Below, piece after piece: positions 45,501-52,915 of a stretch of DNA of 64,000 nt; position 1 is the first letter of the stretch, and every line of letters begins with the position of its first letter. Position numbers and translations under genes: made by a program. Origin of the DNA: an uncultured Oscillospiraceae bacterium. GTDB taxonomy: Bacteria; Bacillota; Clostridia; Acetivibrionales; DTU013. The stretch spans positions 1,995 through 65,994 of the forward strand of contig CAZBEQ010000015.1 of NCBI GenBank assembly GCA_964490975.1, written 5' to 3'. The notes under the pieces are model-generated. The model was not told the origin of the DNA, did no database searches, and was given only the letters and a program-made list of their open reading frames with translations.

Positions 45501-48500
45501 CCTTGTATACAAAGTCAACTACGGAGTATTGCGTACCTGCTGATAACAGAGGCCACTCATTCTCATAAAGTGTCCAGGTCGAGCCAATATTGCCGCTGAA
45601 CAGCTGTGCCACAAAATTAATTTCCAAATATACGCCAAGCTCAAAATATAGTGCGCCTGTGCTCATGTAAGAAGCAACACTGTTGACCTCCCGGTACTCA
45701 TAATAGAAGTAACCATAAAATTTTGCATATACTCCTGCCTCTGCAGTAAAACCTACGCTGTTGATGTCACAGCTGAACAGTCCTGCGGCCAGTTCAAGGC
45801 GGATCCCGGCACGCAAACCCAATTCGCCCATTATATAGAAGCGGAAGGTAAGCACCTCATCAGCAATATCCTGGGTATAGCTTCTGAAGTTTCTTGAGAA
45901 TATTCCCCCGTAAAAGGCATAGCATGTACCGCTGGAGTATTCAAAGCTGGTACCCAGTGCCACATTGATATATGCGCTGACAACGAAATGTCCGCTGAGC
46001 TTGATCTGTATTATACCAAAGAGTACCGGTATTCTCTGGTCGAACAATTTTTGTTCAAATAATTCTATCCAGTCGGAGCCTTGTTCAAGCATATCACAGT
46101 AAGTATCCAACAGTTCACTGACACCGGCTGCTATTTCGGCTGAATCGGTGCTTGTAAGCAGTGACTGTATTTCATCGGATATGTCAAGTGATAATCCGTC
46201 TTCCTGTGAATTTATGCTCGCTTCAAAGAACATACCCGTATAATTATAGACATTTGTGTAAGAGTAAAGGTTGTAATCCTTTATCCAGTATATAAAAAGC
46301 CAATGATCCCAGACAACACTGCCTGAGGCGTCGAGAGAAACGCTGATTTCCTGAACAAATGTGGCCGAACCACTTATGACAACTTCGTTATCACCGACTG
46401 CGACCGGCACGTCAAAGTTGACTGTGACCGCTGCACGCAAGCCATCTCTGCCTATTTTCTGTGTCTGTGAGCCAATCGACGTATCGACATCTATCCTGAT
46501 ATTATCCGTCGGGCCCAGTGTTGAAAGCGATCCTTCGGGAAGAGTTCCGAGAGCCGAAGTATAGTCTATCCTCTCTCCGGTAGTCTCTTCAAAGCCATCT
46601 GTTGCCATTGCTACAGCACTTAAATACACTGCTGCCTGTTCAGCAAAGCCGCTGTCTATAATGTGCTGCTCCAGGCTCGCCTCCAGCTGTGACACGTTTG
46701 CGCCCTCAAGCAGACTGTCACCGCTGACAGGAGTCTGAGCATAATAGCTCATCGCTGACTGCATTTCTTCCTGTGTAACAGAAGTGTAGCTTACAGTGAT
46801 TGAATTATCAGTACTGTTTGAAGTGATTCCGTTTATGACGGCATACCCGAGACAGTCGCCCAGACTCAGGTTTGCAAATTCGGGGTTTGTATAAAAGAAA
46901 ATGTAGTCACCAACATCGACAGTAGTGCTTGCATCCAGTCCAATGGAGGTAAAACCTGAAAAATCAAGCGCTTCGATATCCACAGTAAAGCTGGTACCTT
47001 CTGACGAGTAATTTCTCACCTGACTGGCAGAGCCCACATATATTGGCAAAGTGTCCGGCAGAGCAAGTACGTTTTCCGCAGCAGCCTGTGAATAGCTGAC
47101 TGTCGTACCGTTTACACCTGTAACCGAGACATAAGCTATATCTTCATTGATAAGAGCTTCAGAAGCGGCATCAGTGTCAGGAGGCGTATTGCCCGAATAT
47201 ATACATAACGTATCACCGGCGGTAAGTGTTTCATTTCCGCTGTATGTGAAGGTGCCTGTAATTGAGGTTATTTCCTCATCGCTTACAAGCGGAACATTCA
47301 GCGAATCAACTTCCTCGCCATTCTTAACTATGTTTGAAACTTTAACTGAGGGTATGTAAATGATCCCATCACTCAGCGGCAGGTCATCAGACTCTTCCTG
47401 CCTTATAGTAAAGGCGCAGGTCCGTATGTTTTGTTCCCTGTCGGAGTATGTCAGCTCATCATCGGTCAATATCAATGTATATGCAGCGCCTGCAGTGAAA
47501 CCTCCGTCTGCGGAGACGTTGAAGCTGCACTCTCCAGAGGATGCACCGCCGCTGTTGTCTCCCTGTCCTTCTGTGACCAGCAACACCTCCGGCGTACTGC
47601 CGTCCGCCCGCTCAATATCAATAGCGTTCTGCACTTCGCTCAGATTCATGGAAGCACTGGATATAATCGTAAAGCTGAGCGTCGTTGGCTGATCGGTCAG
47701 AGCAAACTGTTCGTCCTGCATACTGGTAACGCTCTCAAGCTCTGCATATTTAGCGTAAAGAGTTAGATTTGAGCTTACAACGGTCTCAGAGATAAAGCTT
47801 TCGGTAAACAATGGGTCCTTGTACCAGCCTAAAAAGACGAAACCAGTTCTTTGCGGTGTCGGAAGGTTTGAAATAGTGCCGCCGCTGGATACGATTTTTG
47901 CGTTTATAGTCAGTCCGCCATTGGTTTCAAAGCTGACGGTATAGTTCGATGCTGTACCGTTGGTGCCGTTGGTTCCATTATTGCCGCTATTGCCGCCTGT
48001 TCCAATGCCACCGCTATTGCCGTTGCTGTCTCCGGCGCCATTGTTTACGCCTCCGTCGGATAAAGAGACTGTTTGATGGACACGCATACTGACGGCAGCG
48101 CCTTCTGCTCTCTTTGCGCTGGATTTAGGATTAAAGCTGCCGTCCTCGTCCCCCTTCAGAATTCCTGCCCTCCAAAGGAGCATCACAGCTTCCCTTGCCC
48201 AATCGGAAACCTCGGATAGATCCTTCGGTTCCACCGTTGTTTCATCCAGGTCTCCAAGATCTATATTGCAGACAGTAAAGAAACGGACTGTAAAAACTGC
48301 CATCTGTTCTCTGTTAACAAGACCATTCGGGTCAAAATTTCCATTCCCAACACCCTGAGCAATTTGCATCCCAGCTGCCCAGGCAATGTAAGGAGCGTAA
48401 TACGCATCCGCAGTCACATCAGAAAATGTGTCACTGTAAGGATAATCGGAGGGCTTGATCCCGGCGATTCGCCCCAGAACAGTCACGTACATACCTCTTG

Positions 48501-48726
48501 TCATCGTGCCATCCGGCAAAAATGTATCTGTGCCGGTTCCGTTAAAAATGCCATTTTCAACGGCATACTTTACATACCCGTAATACCAGTCAGATTCGGA
48601 AATATCCTGAAACAGGCCGGATGGCGGGCTTGCAGCACCGCTTTGTGCTGCGGCGAATACATTGTACGGCATAACGGACAGAATCAGGCAAAGAATAAGT
48701 ATTATGCTGATAAGTCTACCTTTCAT
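42541..48726 (-). CDS. giant (2061 aa) S-layer-homology-anchored cell-surface protein with Listeria-Bacteroides repeats and a C-terminal parallel beta-helix
   Basis: The domain order is:
- signal peptide
- three SLH repeats (residues ~38-215)
- G/N-rich linker
- at least five GWY-type Listeria-Bacteroides repeats (for example RTGFVFLGWYKD, RTGYTFAGWYTD, MTGFTFAGWYFS)
- two YTV.HH MucBP/B-repeat-like modules
- C-terminal PbH1-like repeats (NCTITGSGRGIFC, NCSIKDNGGDGIYC, NCSVTGSGAKGINN). Confidence 0.9.
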   Translation of the reverse strand: MKGRLISIILILCLILSVMPYNVFAAAQSGAASPPSGLFQDISESDWYYGYVKYAVENGIFNGTGTDTFLPDGTMTRGMYVTVLGRIAGIKPSDYPYSDTFSDVTADAYYAPYIAWAAGMQIAQGVGNGNFDPNGLVNREQMAVFTVRFFTVCNIDLGDLDETTVEPKDLSEVSDWAREAVMLLWRAGILKGDEDGSFNPKSSAKRAEGAAVSMRVHQTVSLSDGGVNNGAGDSNGNSGGIGTGGNSGNNGTNGTNGTASNYTVSFETNGGLTINAKIVSSGGTISNLPTPQRTGFVFLGWYKDPLFTESFISETVVSSNLTLYAKYAELESVTSMQDEQFALTDQPTTLSFTIISSASMNLSEVQNAIDIERADGSTPEVLLVTEGQGDNSGGASSGECSFNVSADGGFTAGAAYTLILTDDELTYSDREQNIRTCAFTIRQEESDDLPLSDGIIYIPSVKVSNIVKNGEEVDSLNVPLVSDEEITSITGTFTYSGNETLTAGDTLCIYSGNTPPDTDAASEALINEDIAYVSVTGVNGTTVSYSQAAAENVLALPDTLPIYVGSASQVRNYSSEGTSFTVDIEALDFSGFTSIGLDASTTVDVGDYIFFYTNPEFANLSLGDCLGYAVINGITSNSTDNSITVSYTSVTQEEMQSAMSYYAQTPVSGDSLLEGANVSQLEASLEQHIIDSGFAEQAAVYLSAVAMATDGFEETTGERIDYTSALGTLPEGSLSTLGPTDNIRIDVDTSIGSQTQKIGRDGLRAAVTVNFDVPVAVGDNEVVISGSATFVQEISVSLDASGSVVWDHWLFIYWIKDYNLYSYTNVYNYTGMFFEASINSQEDGLSLDISDEIQSLLTSTDSAEIAAGVSELLDTYCDMLEQGSDWIELFEQKLFDQRIPVLFGIIQIKLSGHFVVSAYINVALGTSFEYSSGTCYAFYGGIFSRNFRSYTQDIADEVLTFRFYIMGELGLRAGIRLELAAGLFSCDINSVGFTAEAGVYAKFYGYFYYEYREVNSVASYMSTGALYFELGVYLEINFVAQLFSGNIGSTWTLYENEWPLLSAGTQYSVVDFVYKDTPDIRLKYGDKQFLIPDDFITMKYIDLREGEYTEKAYPLSDFDFSFSNDAFSLNGNRVVVTTAKDDHMLKCDMTITWRHGPMAFSSMPISKTYHLQWDDVNDGGYMVFFNENGGSYVRDLHLYYGDIIQEPTVSRTGYTFAGWYTDEGFTQQYTFSTMPAYYLNLYAKWEPLTNTRYTVCHHKQDLLNDSKYTLADRQLFTGTTDSTVTPAVKSYEGFTAPPLQTVTIAPDGTRTVNYYYTRNSYEVTFDARFTPESDLFDNYESGDDPGEVANYLVTTMIKYGACISAPVIFRDNWHISEWQGISENMTMPAHELSTTAVWRPNSCTITYDTNGGGLPNGYVDTVTYMSEYGELQTPVMTGFTFAGWYFSEDENGWANGIKVLPDSIVRISEPHTLYAKWRLNDDAMYTVRHHLQTAPGSSEYTLYDTRTYYYTAELSLYVPRQYYSGYRLSVQIPQLIVLADGTASADLYYDINSYTFTYTDGSGAPNPQQLQTGADITPPEAPTKAGFTFTGWEPAIPAKMPPRDIFVEPRFERKSYTITLSAEDATTAGTPSVTIAYEGTALPPITNPSRTGFSFTGWYVQGGTKLINADGSFNYTGANSAYLTPNPDDTCYWVYDSDVTLYAGWDESASVATYEELMAALASQDDGDIIVTEVLVFPSSVNIDGGGRTLYFQNSNPSNTIFELSSTTSCAISYLTVDFGGKEGINNTAGEISLDNVTLCNASEYALRAQGGSVAELRNCTITGSGRGIFCEAPMTMVNCSIKDNGGDGIYCSNGGILTMENCSVTGSGAKGINNDSGQVILNNTTIANNLVGIYTVYGSTTAVNVTVAGNNRGSLAGTSSNVTFCNSILADNSVSYGDVDKETTDANTTLINCVTGQIYDVWFTLTGCKEVPQQSVFNSYDNGKPVLTQLSDGTWVTQLSTSSAALTGGCATYFSAEDRSAAYGAYGGGTPTYIVGNSGAERVTTYQGGGTRVDGVIGAH

Positions 48727-48830
48727 TATCTCGCCTCTTTCCCTCGATTACATTCTTTCTATTACAGCCTGGAAGAGCTATTCTTAGGTGGATATTTCCA
48801 TTGCCTGCATAAATTTTCCATGATACAATT

Positions 48831-48861
48831 ATTGTACACCTCATGTTAACACGAGAGTCAA
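48831..48861 (-). promoter_or_regulatory. MerR-type promoter (19-bp spacer with dyad operator) driving the giant surface-protein gene
   Basis: Minus strand: TTGACT (48861-48856), spacer CTCGTGTTAACATGAGGTG (19 nt), TACAAT (48836-48831). The spacer holds the dyad CTCGTGTTAACATGAG, with 2 mismatches from a perfect palindrome. Confidence 0.7.
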
Positions 48862-48927
48862 GTACTGATTACAGATTCTTCGCGTTTTTTTGACAAATAT
48901 CAACCTTGAAAAGAGAGGTATCACTTC

Positions 48928-49737
48928 ATGCCAAAACCGGATGGACTGTTTTCCATAGGCGAGATTGCCGTAAGCAGCGGTCTGAGCATTAATGCCATAA
49001 GGTTCTACGAAACAAAGGCACTCATTAAACCTTCATCCACCTGTCCAAAATCCGGTTACCGCTATTACAGCCGGGAAAATCTTCTCCGTCTGCGGACAAT
49101 CATAGTGCTGAAGAATGCGGGGCTGTCCCTGCAGGAGATCGGAGATTATTTGGATGGAGAGAGATATACTGAGAAAAAGATTGAGGAGCTTACACTGCAG
49201 CGTGATTTTTTAAACCGCGCAATTGAGGACTTGATTATTCGAACGGTAAAGACCGGAGACTTGACAGTACACGAGATCGAGCTTCCGGAACGCTTCTGCC
49301 TCTGCCGTACAATACAGGCAAAAGACGCTGACCATGCACTTAGCGCCATTGGTGCATTTTATGAAGAGCTGATCCGCAAAGGGATCACGATCAGCTATAC
49401 CTGGCCGGAATTCTGCGAATACCCTGATTATGGGCTTTTAAATGGTAAATTTCCCATCAATGATTTCACCGTCACCGCATGTCTGCCGGTCGAAAATGAA
49501 GACGCACAGCCCGAAGCTGTGCGCTATCCTCCAGGAAGTGCAGTATCAGTTAATTACAGAGGTGATTATTTTGGGCTGTGGAAGGCATATGAGGCTCTGC
49601 ATCAATACATGGCAACCCACGGGTACGTTCCGTCCGGATATCCGCAGGAAATCTATATAGAAATTGGCTCTGACGGAGCGGTTCAGCCTGACAGTTTAGA
49701 TAACATTACCTGCGTGATTGTTCCAGTAAGAAAGTAA
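48928..49737 (+). CDS. MerR family transcriptional regulator with a GyrI-like effector-binding domain (BmrR-like)
   Basis: FSIGEIAVSSGLSINAIRFYETKALIKP...GYRYYSRENLLRLRTIIVLKNAGLSLQEI (MerR HTH), a coiled coil, and a GyrI-like C-terminus (VSVNYRGDYFGLWKAYEALHQYMATHGY). Confidence 0.88.
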   Translation: MPKPDGLFSIGEIAVSSGLSINAIRFYETKALIKPSSTCPKSGYRYYSRENLLRLRTIIVLKNAGLSLQEIGDYLDGERYTEKKIEELTLQRDFLNRAIEDLIIRTVKTGDLTVHEIELPERFCLCRTIQAKDADHALSAIGAFYEELIRKGITISYTWPEFCEYPDYGLLNGKFPINDFTVTACLPVENEDAQPEAVRYPPGSAVSVNYRGDYFGLWKAYEALHQYMATHGYVPSGYPQEIYIEIGSDGAVQPDSLDNITCVIVPVRK

Positions 49738-49757
49738 CGTATCGCTTGAGGCAGTAT

Positions 49758-49798
49758 AAAAAATCCCCTGAAAACTTATCGATTCCAGAGGATTTTTA
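49758..49798. terminator. bidirectional terminator (MerR regulator gene / flavodiiron gene)
   Basis: AAAAATCCCCTG ... CAGAGGATTTTT stem (one mismatch) flanked by A- and T-runs. Confidence 0.65.
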
Positions 49799-49820
49799 TA
49801 CTTCAAAAGTTGTTAGGCCA

Positions 49821-49856
49821 ACACATAGATACTTATTGATAAGTGCCTATGTGTCT
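49821..49856. repeat. degenerate short copy of the 42451-42531 palindrome
   Basis: ACACATAGATACTTATTGATAAGTGCCTATGTGT. The core ATAGA(T/C)ACTTATT(T)GATA...AAGTG(C/T)CTAT is shared with 42471-42513. Confidence 0.6.
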
Positions 49857-49869
49857 TATCAGACACCCA

Positions 49870-51063
49870 TTATGCTTTCATAGCTGCTGCAAAGCTCTCT
49901 CCGAACTCAGTGCATCTCTTAAGAGCACTTTCATCAGGCCGGTATTTTATGCCTAATGGTTCCAGCGGAATAGTCAATCCCGATTTTTCGAGCGATGCAC
50001 TGATCACCTTAGGCGATTCTCCACTCCAGCCATAGCTGCCGAAACCTGCACCGAGTTTTCCCTTGAATTTGTGTCCCTTGATTTCTTCCAGCAAGCCGGC
50101 TGTTGGGCGCAGAACAGTATTATTGACGGTACAGCTTCCAATGATTACGCCTTTTGCTTTAAATAATTCAGTCAGCAGGTCGCTCTGATCAGTTACCGCT
50201 ACATTGAACAGCTTGTACGCGGCTCCCTTCTTTCCAAGGCCTTCGGCGATTGCCTCTGCTATAGTCCTTGTGGCTTCGTACATAGTGTCATATATGATTA
50301 CGGCATAACCCTCATTATATTCCTGAGACCATTGATAATATTTTTCTATGATCTGCATCGGATCCTTTCGCCAGATTACACCATGGCTTGGAGCGATCAT
50401 ATCTATGTTAAGGTTCAAAGCCTTGATCTGCTCGATTTTTTTTGTTATCAGAGGGCTAAAGGGCGTCAGGATATTAGCATAATACTTGATAGCTTCCTGA
50501 TAAAGCTCACAATTATCCAACTCGTCATTATAGAATGACAAACCTGCATAGTGCTGCCCGAAAGCATCATTGGACAGTACTGTACCGGCTCCTTTAACAT
50601 AGGTGAGCATGCTGTCCGGCCAATGTATCATTTGCATCTCAACAAAAATAAGATCGTACTTACCAATATTAATTGAGTCACCGGTTTTTACGATTTGAAT
50701 ATTTAAATCATCACAGTGGAAATAGCTCTTTATAATATCTGCTCCATTTCTGGTACAATATATAGGTATATCCTTTGAGGGAAGTCTTTCGAGCAAATAA
50801 CCGAGACTGCCGCCATGATCCGGCTCACAGTGATTTATAATAATCATATCAATATTGCCAAGTCCAACATCCTTGTCCAGATTCCTGACGAAATCTTCCT
50901 TGTATGGATCCCATACAGTATCTACAAGAACTGTTTTCTGATCCTTTATTATGTATGAGTTATAGCTTGAGCCTCTGTGTGTAGACAGTTCATGTCCATG
51001 AAAGTGCCGCAGGCCCCAATCCTTAATACCTACCCAATATATACTGTCTTTTATTTCTACCAT
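49870..51063 (-). CDS. flavodiiron protein (FprA-type oxygen/NO reductase: metallo-beta-lactamase-like plus flavodoxin domains)
   Basis: Di-iron motif INHCEPDHGG, and a flavodoxin-like C-terminus (AVIIYDTMYEATRTIAEAI...GVIIGSCTVNN). Confidence 0.85.
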   Translation of the reverse strand: MVEIKDSIYWVGIKDWGLRHFHGHELSTHRGSSYNSYIIKDQKTVLVDTVWDPYKEDFVRNLDKDVGLGNIDMIIINHCEPDHGGSLGYLLERLPSKDIPIYCTRNGADIIKSYFHCDDLNIQIVKTGDSINIGKYDLIFVEMQMIHWPDSMLTYVKGAGTVLSNDAFGQHYAGLSFYNDELDNCELYQEAIKYYANILTPFSPLITKKIEQIKALNLNIDMIAPSHGVIWRKDPMQIIEKYYQWSQEYNEGYAVIIYDTMYEATRTIAEAIAEGLGKKGAAYKLFNVAVTDQSDLLTELFKAKGVIIGSCTVNNTVLRPTAGLLEEIKGHKFKGKLGAGFGSYGWSGESPKVISASLEKSGLTIPLEPLGIKYRPDESALKRCTEFGESFAAAMKA

Positions 51064-51222
51064 AACACCGACTCCTTTTGATTATCATTAAATTAGCAAC
51101 GAATCTATTATTACCCAAAATTATATCATATAAAACGTGAATTATCTTTTGCCACATACAAGCAAGTTATTGTCATTCTATAGTTGAGTGACTGTTTGAA
51201 GAATTTGGAAATGAAGAAATGA

Positions 51223-51505
51223 CAGGTTCAGATTCGGATTTGATACAAATTGTGATCGGACTACTCGTTTTTGCAATTATAGAACGTAATTGAGAGGCAT
51301 TATGAAGAATAAGCCATATTTTTAATATAAAAATGACCATTTCTTGGTGGAATTATGTTCTAAAGTTGAAAAAACGGGTAGTGCACTATCAAAATAACCA
51401 GGCAAAGAAGTTTCCACATGTATTTGTATATTAATTACAGTTAGCAGGCCACAACCAGGTTATATTAAAAGGACTTTCTACTCATCGCTGAAAGCCATAC
51501 GGAAG
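51223..51505 (+). repeat. copy B of the diverged ~280-nt intergenic repeat family
   Basis: See copy A. It contains the identical 23-mer at 51250-51272 and the conserved 3' block CTCATCGCTGAAAGCCATACGGAAG. Confidence 0.75.
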
Positions 51506-51530
51506 CTTATGTCTATCACAGTGCTTTTTA

Positions 51531-51573
51531 AACAACAAAAAAGGTGCAGTTTGCATAGCAAACCGCACCTTTT
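51531..51573 (-). terminator. rho-independent terminator of tuf (hairpin usable on both strands)
   Basis: Minus strand: AAAAGGTGCGGTTTGC TATG CAAACTGCACCTTTTTT. Confidence 0.85.
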
Positions 51574-51585
51574 AAAGTATCCTTA

Positions 51586-52788
51586 TTATTCGATTATACC
51601 AGTAACAGTACCGGAACCAACAGTTCTGCCACCTTCACGGATAGCGAACCTGAGTCCTTCTTCCATAGCTATAGGAGTGATGAGCTTAATAACCATTTCG
51701 ATATGGTCACCAGGCATGCACATCTCTGTACCTGCAGGAAGTTCAGCAATACCTGTAACGTCAGTGGTCCTGAAATAGAACTGGGGTCTGTAACCATTGA
51801 AGAAAGGAGTATGTCTTCCGCCTTCTTCCTTGGTCAGAACGTAAACCTGGCTCTTGAAATGAGTGTGGGGCTTGATGGATCCAGGCTTAGCCAGAACCTG
51901 TCCTCTTTCAACTTCATTTCTCTGGATACCTCTGAGCAGGCAGCCGATGTTATCGCCGGCAACAGCCTGATCAAGGAGCTTCCTGAACATTTCAACGCCG
52001 GTTACGACGGTCTTTCTCGGAGCATCCATTAAACCAACTATTTCAACTTCCTCGCCAACCTTTACCATACCTCTTTCAACCCTACCTGTAGCAACTGTGC
52101 CACGGCCGGTGATTGAGAATACGTCCTCGACAGGCATAATGAAAGGCTTGTCTGTAGGTCTTTCCGGTGAAGGAATGTAGCTGTCAACTTCCTTCATGAG
52201 GTTGAGTATCGGCAGATATTCAGGAGCATTAGGATCAGTGGAGGTGCTTTCGAGAGCAACCAGAGCGGATCCTCTTACTATTGGAATATTGTCACCGTCG
52301 AATTCGTAGGAGCTGAGGAGTTCCCTGAGTTCCATTTCAACGAGCTCGATGAGTTCTTCGTCATCAACCATGTCGCACTTGTTAAGGAATACTACGATGT
52401 AAGGAACGCCAACCTGACGAGCAAGGAGTATGTGCTCCCTGGTCTGTGGCATCGGGCCGTCTGCTGCGGAAACAACGAGTATAGCGCCGTCCATCTGAGC
52501 AGCACCGGTGATCATGTTCTTAACATAGTCAGCATGGCCGGGGCAGTCAACGTGAGCATAATGCCTGTTGTCTGTTTCATATTCAACGTGTGCGGTCGAG
52601 ATCGTGATTCCTCTTGCTTTTTCTTCAGGAGCCTTGTCGATCTGGTCGTATGCAGTATAGTTAGCCTTACCAGAGAATCCCAATACCTTTGTTATAGCTG
52701 CTGTCAATGAAGTCTTGCCGTGGTCAACGTGACCGATAGTTCCAATGTTAACGTGGGGTTTTGTTCTTTCAAATTTGGCCTTACCCAT
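51586..52788 (-). CDS. tuf: elongation factor Tu
   Basis: [33 protein letters not shown]...DCPGHADY...NKCD. Confidence 0.99.
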   Translation of the reverse strand: MGKAKFERTKPHVNIGTIGHVDHGKTSLTAAITKVLGFSGKANYTAYDQIDKAPEEKARGITISTAHVEYETDNRHYAHVDCPGHADYVKNMITGAAQMDGAILVVSAADGPMPQTREHILLARQVGVPYIVVFLNKCDMVDDEELIELVEMELRELLSSYEFDGDNIPIVRGSALVALESTSTDPNAPEYLPILNLMKEVDSYIPSPERPTDKPFIMPVEDVFSITGRGTVATGRVERGMVKVGEEVEIVGLMDAPRKTVVTGVEMFRKLLDQAVAGDNIGCLLRGIQRNEVERGQVLAKPGSIKPHTHFKSQVYVLTKEEGGRHTPFFNGYRPQFYFRTTDVTGIAELPAGTEMCMPGDHIEMVIKLITPIAMEEGLRFAIREGGRTVGSGTVTGIIE

Positions 52789-52915
52789 TTTTTAATTCTC
52801 CTCCCTTGTTCAGTTAAACACTGAATGATTATTAATAATTTTTTTATTTTATATGCTGCAAAACGTATCAACTATATTGATGTGATCCTGCAGCATATTG
52901 ACTGCTTTGAATCTT

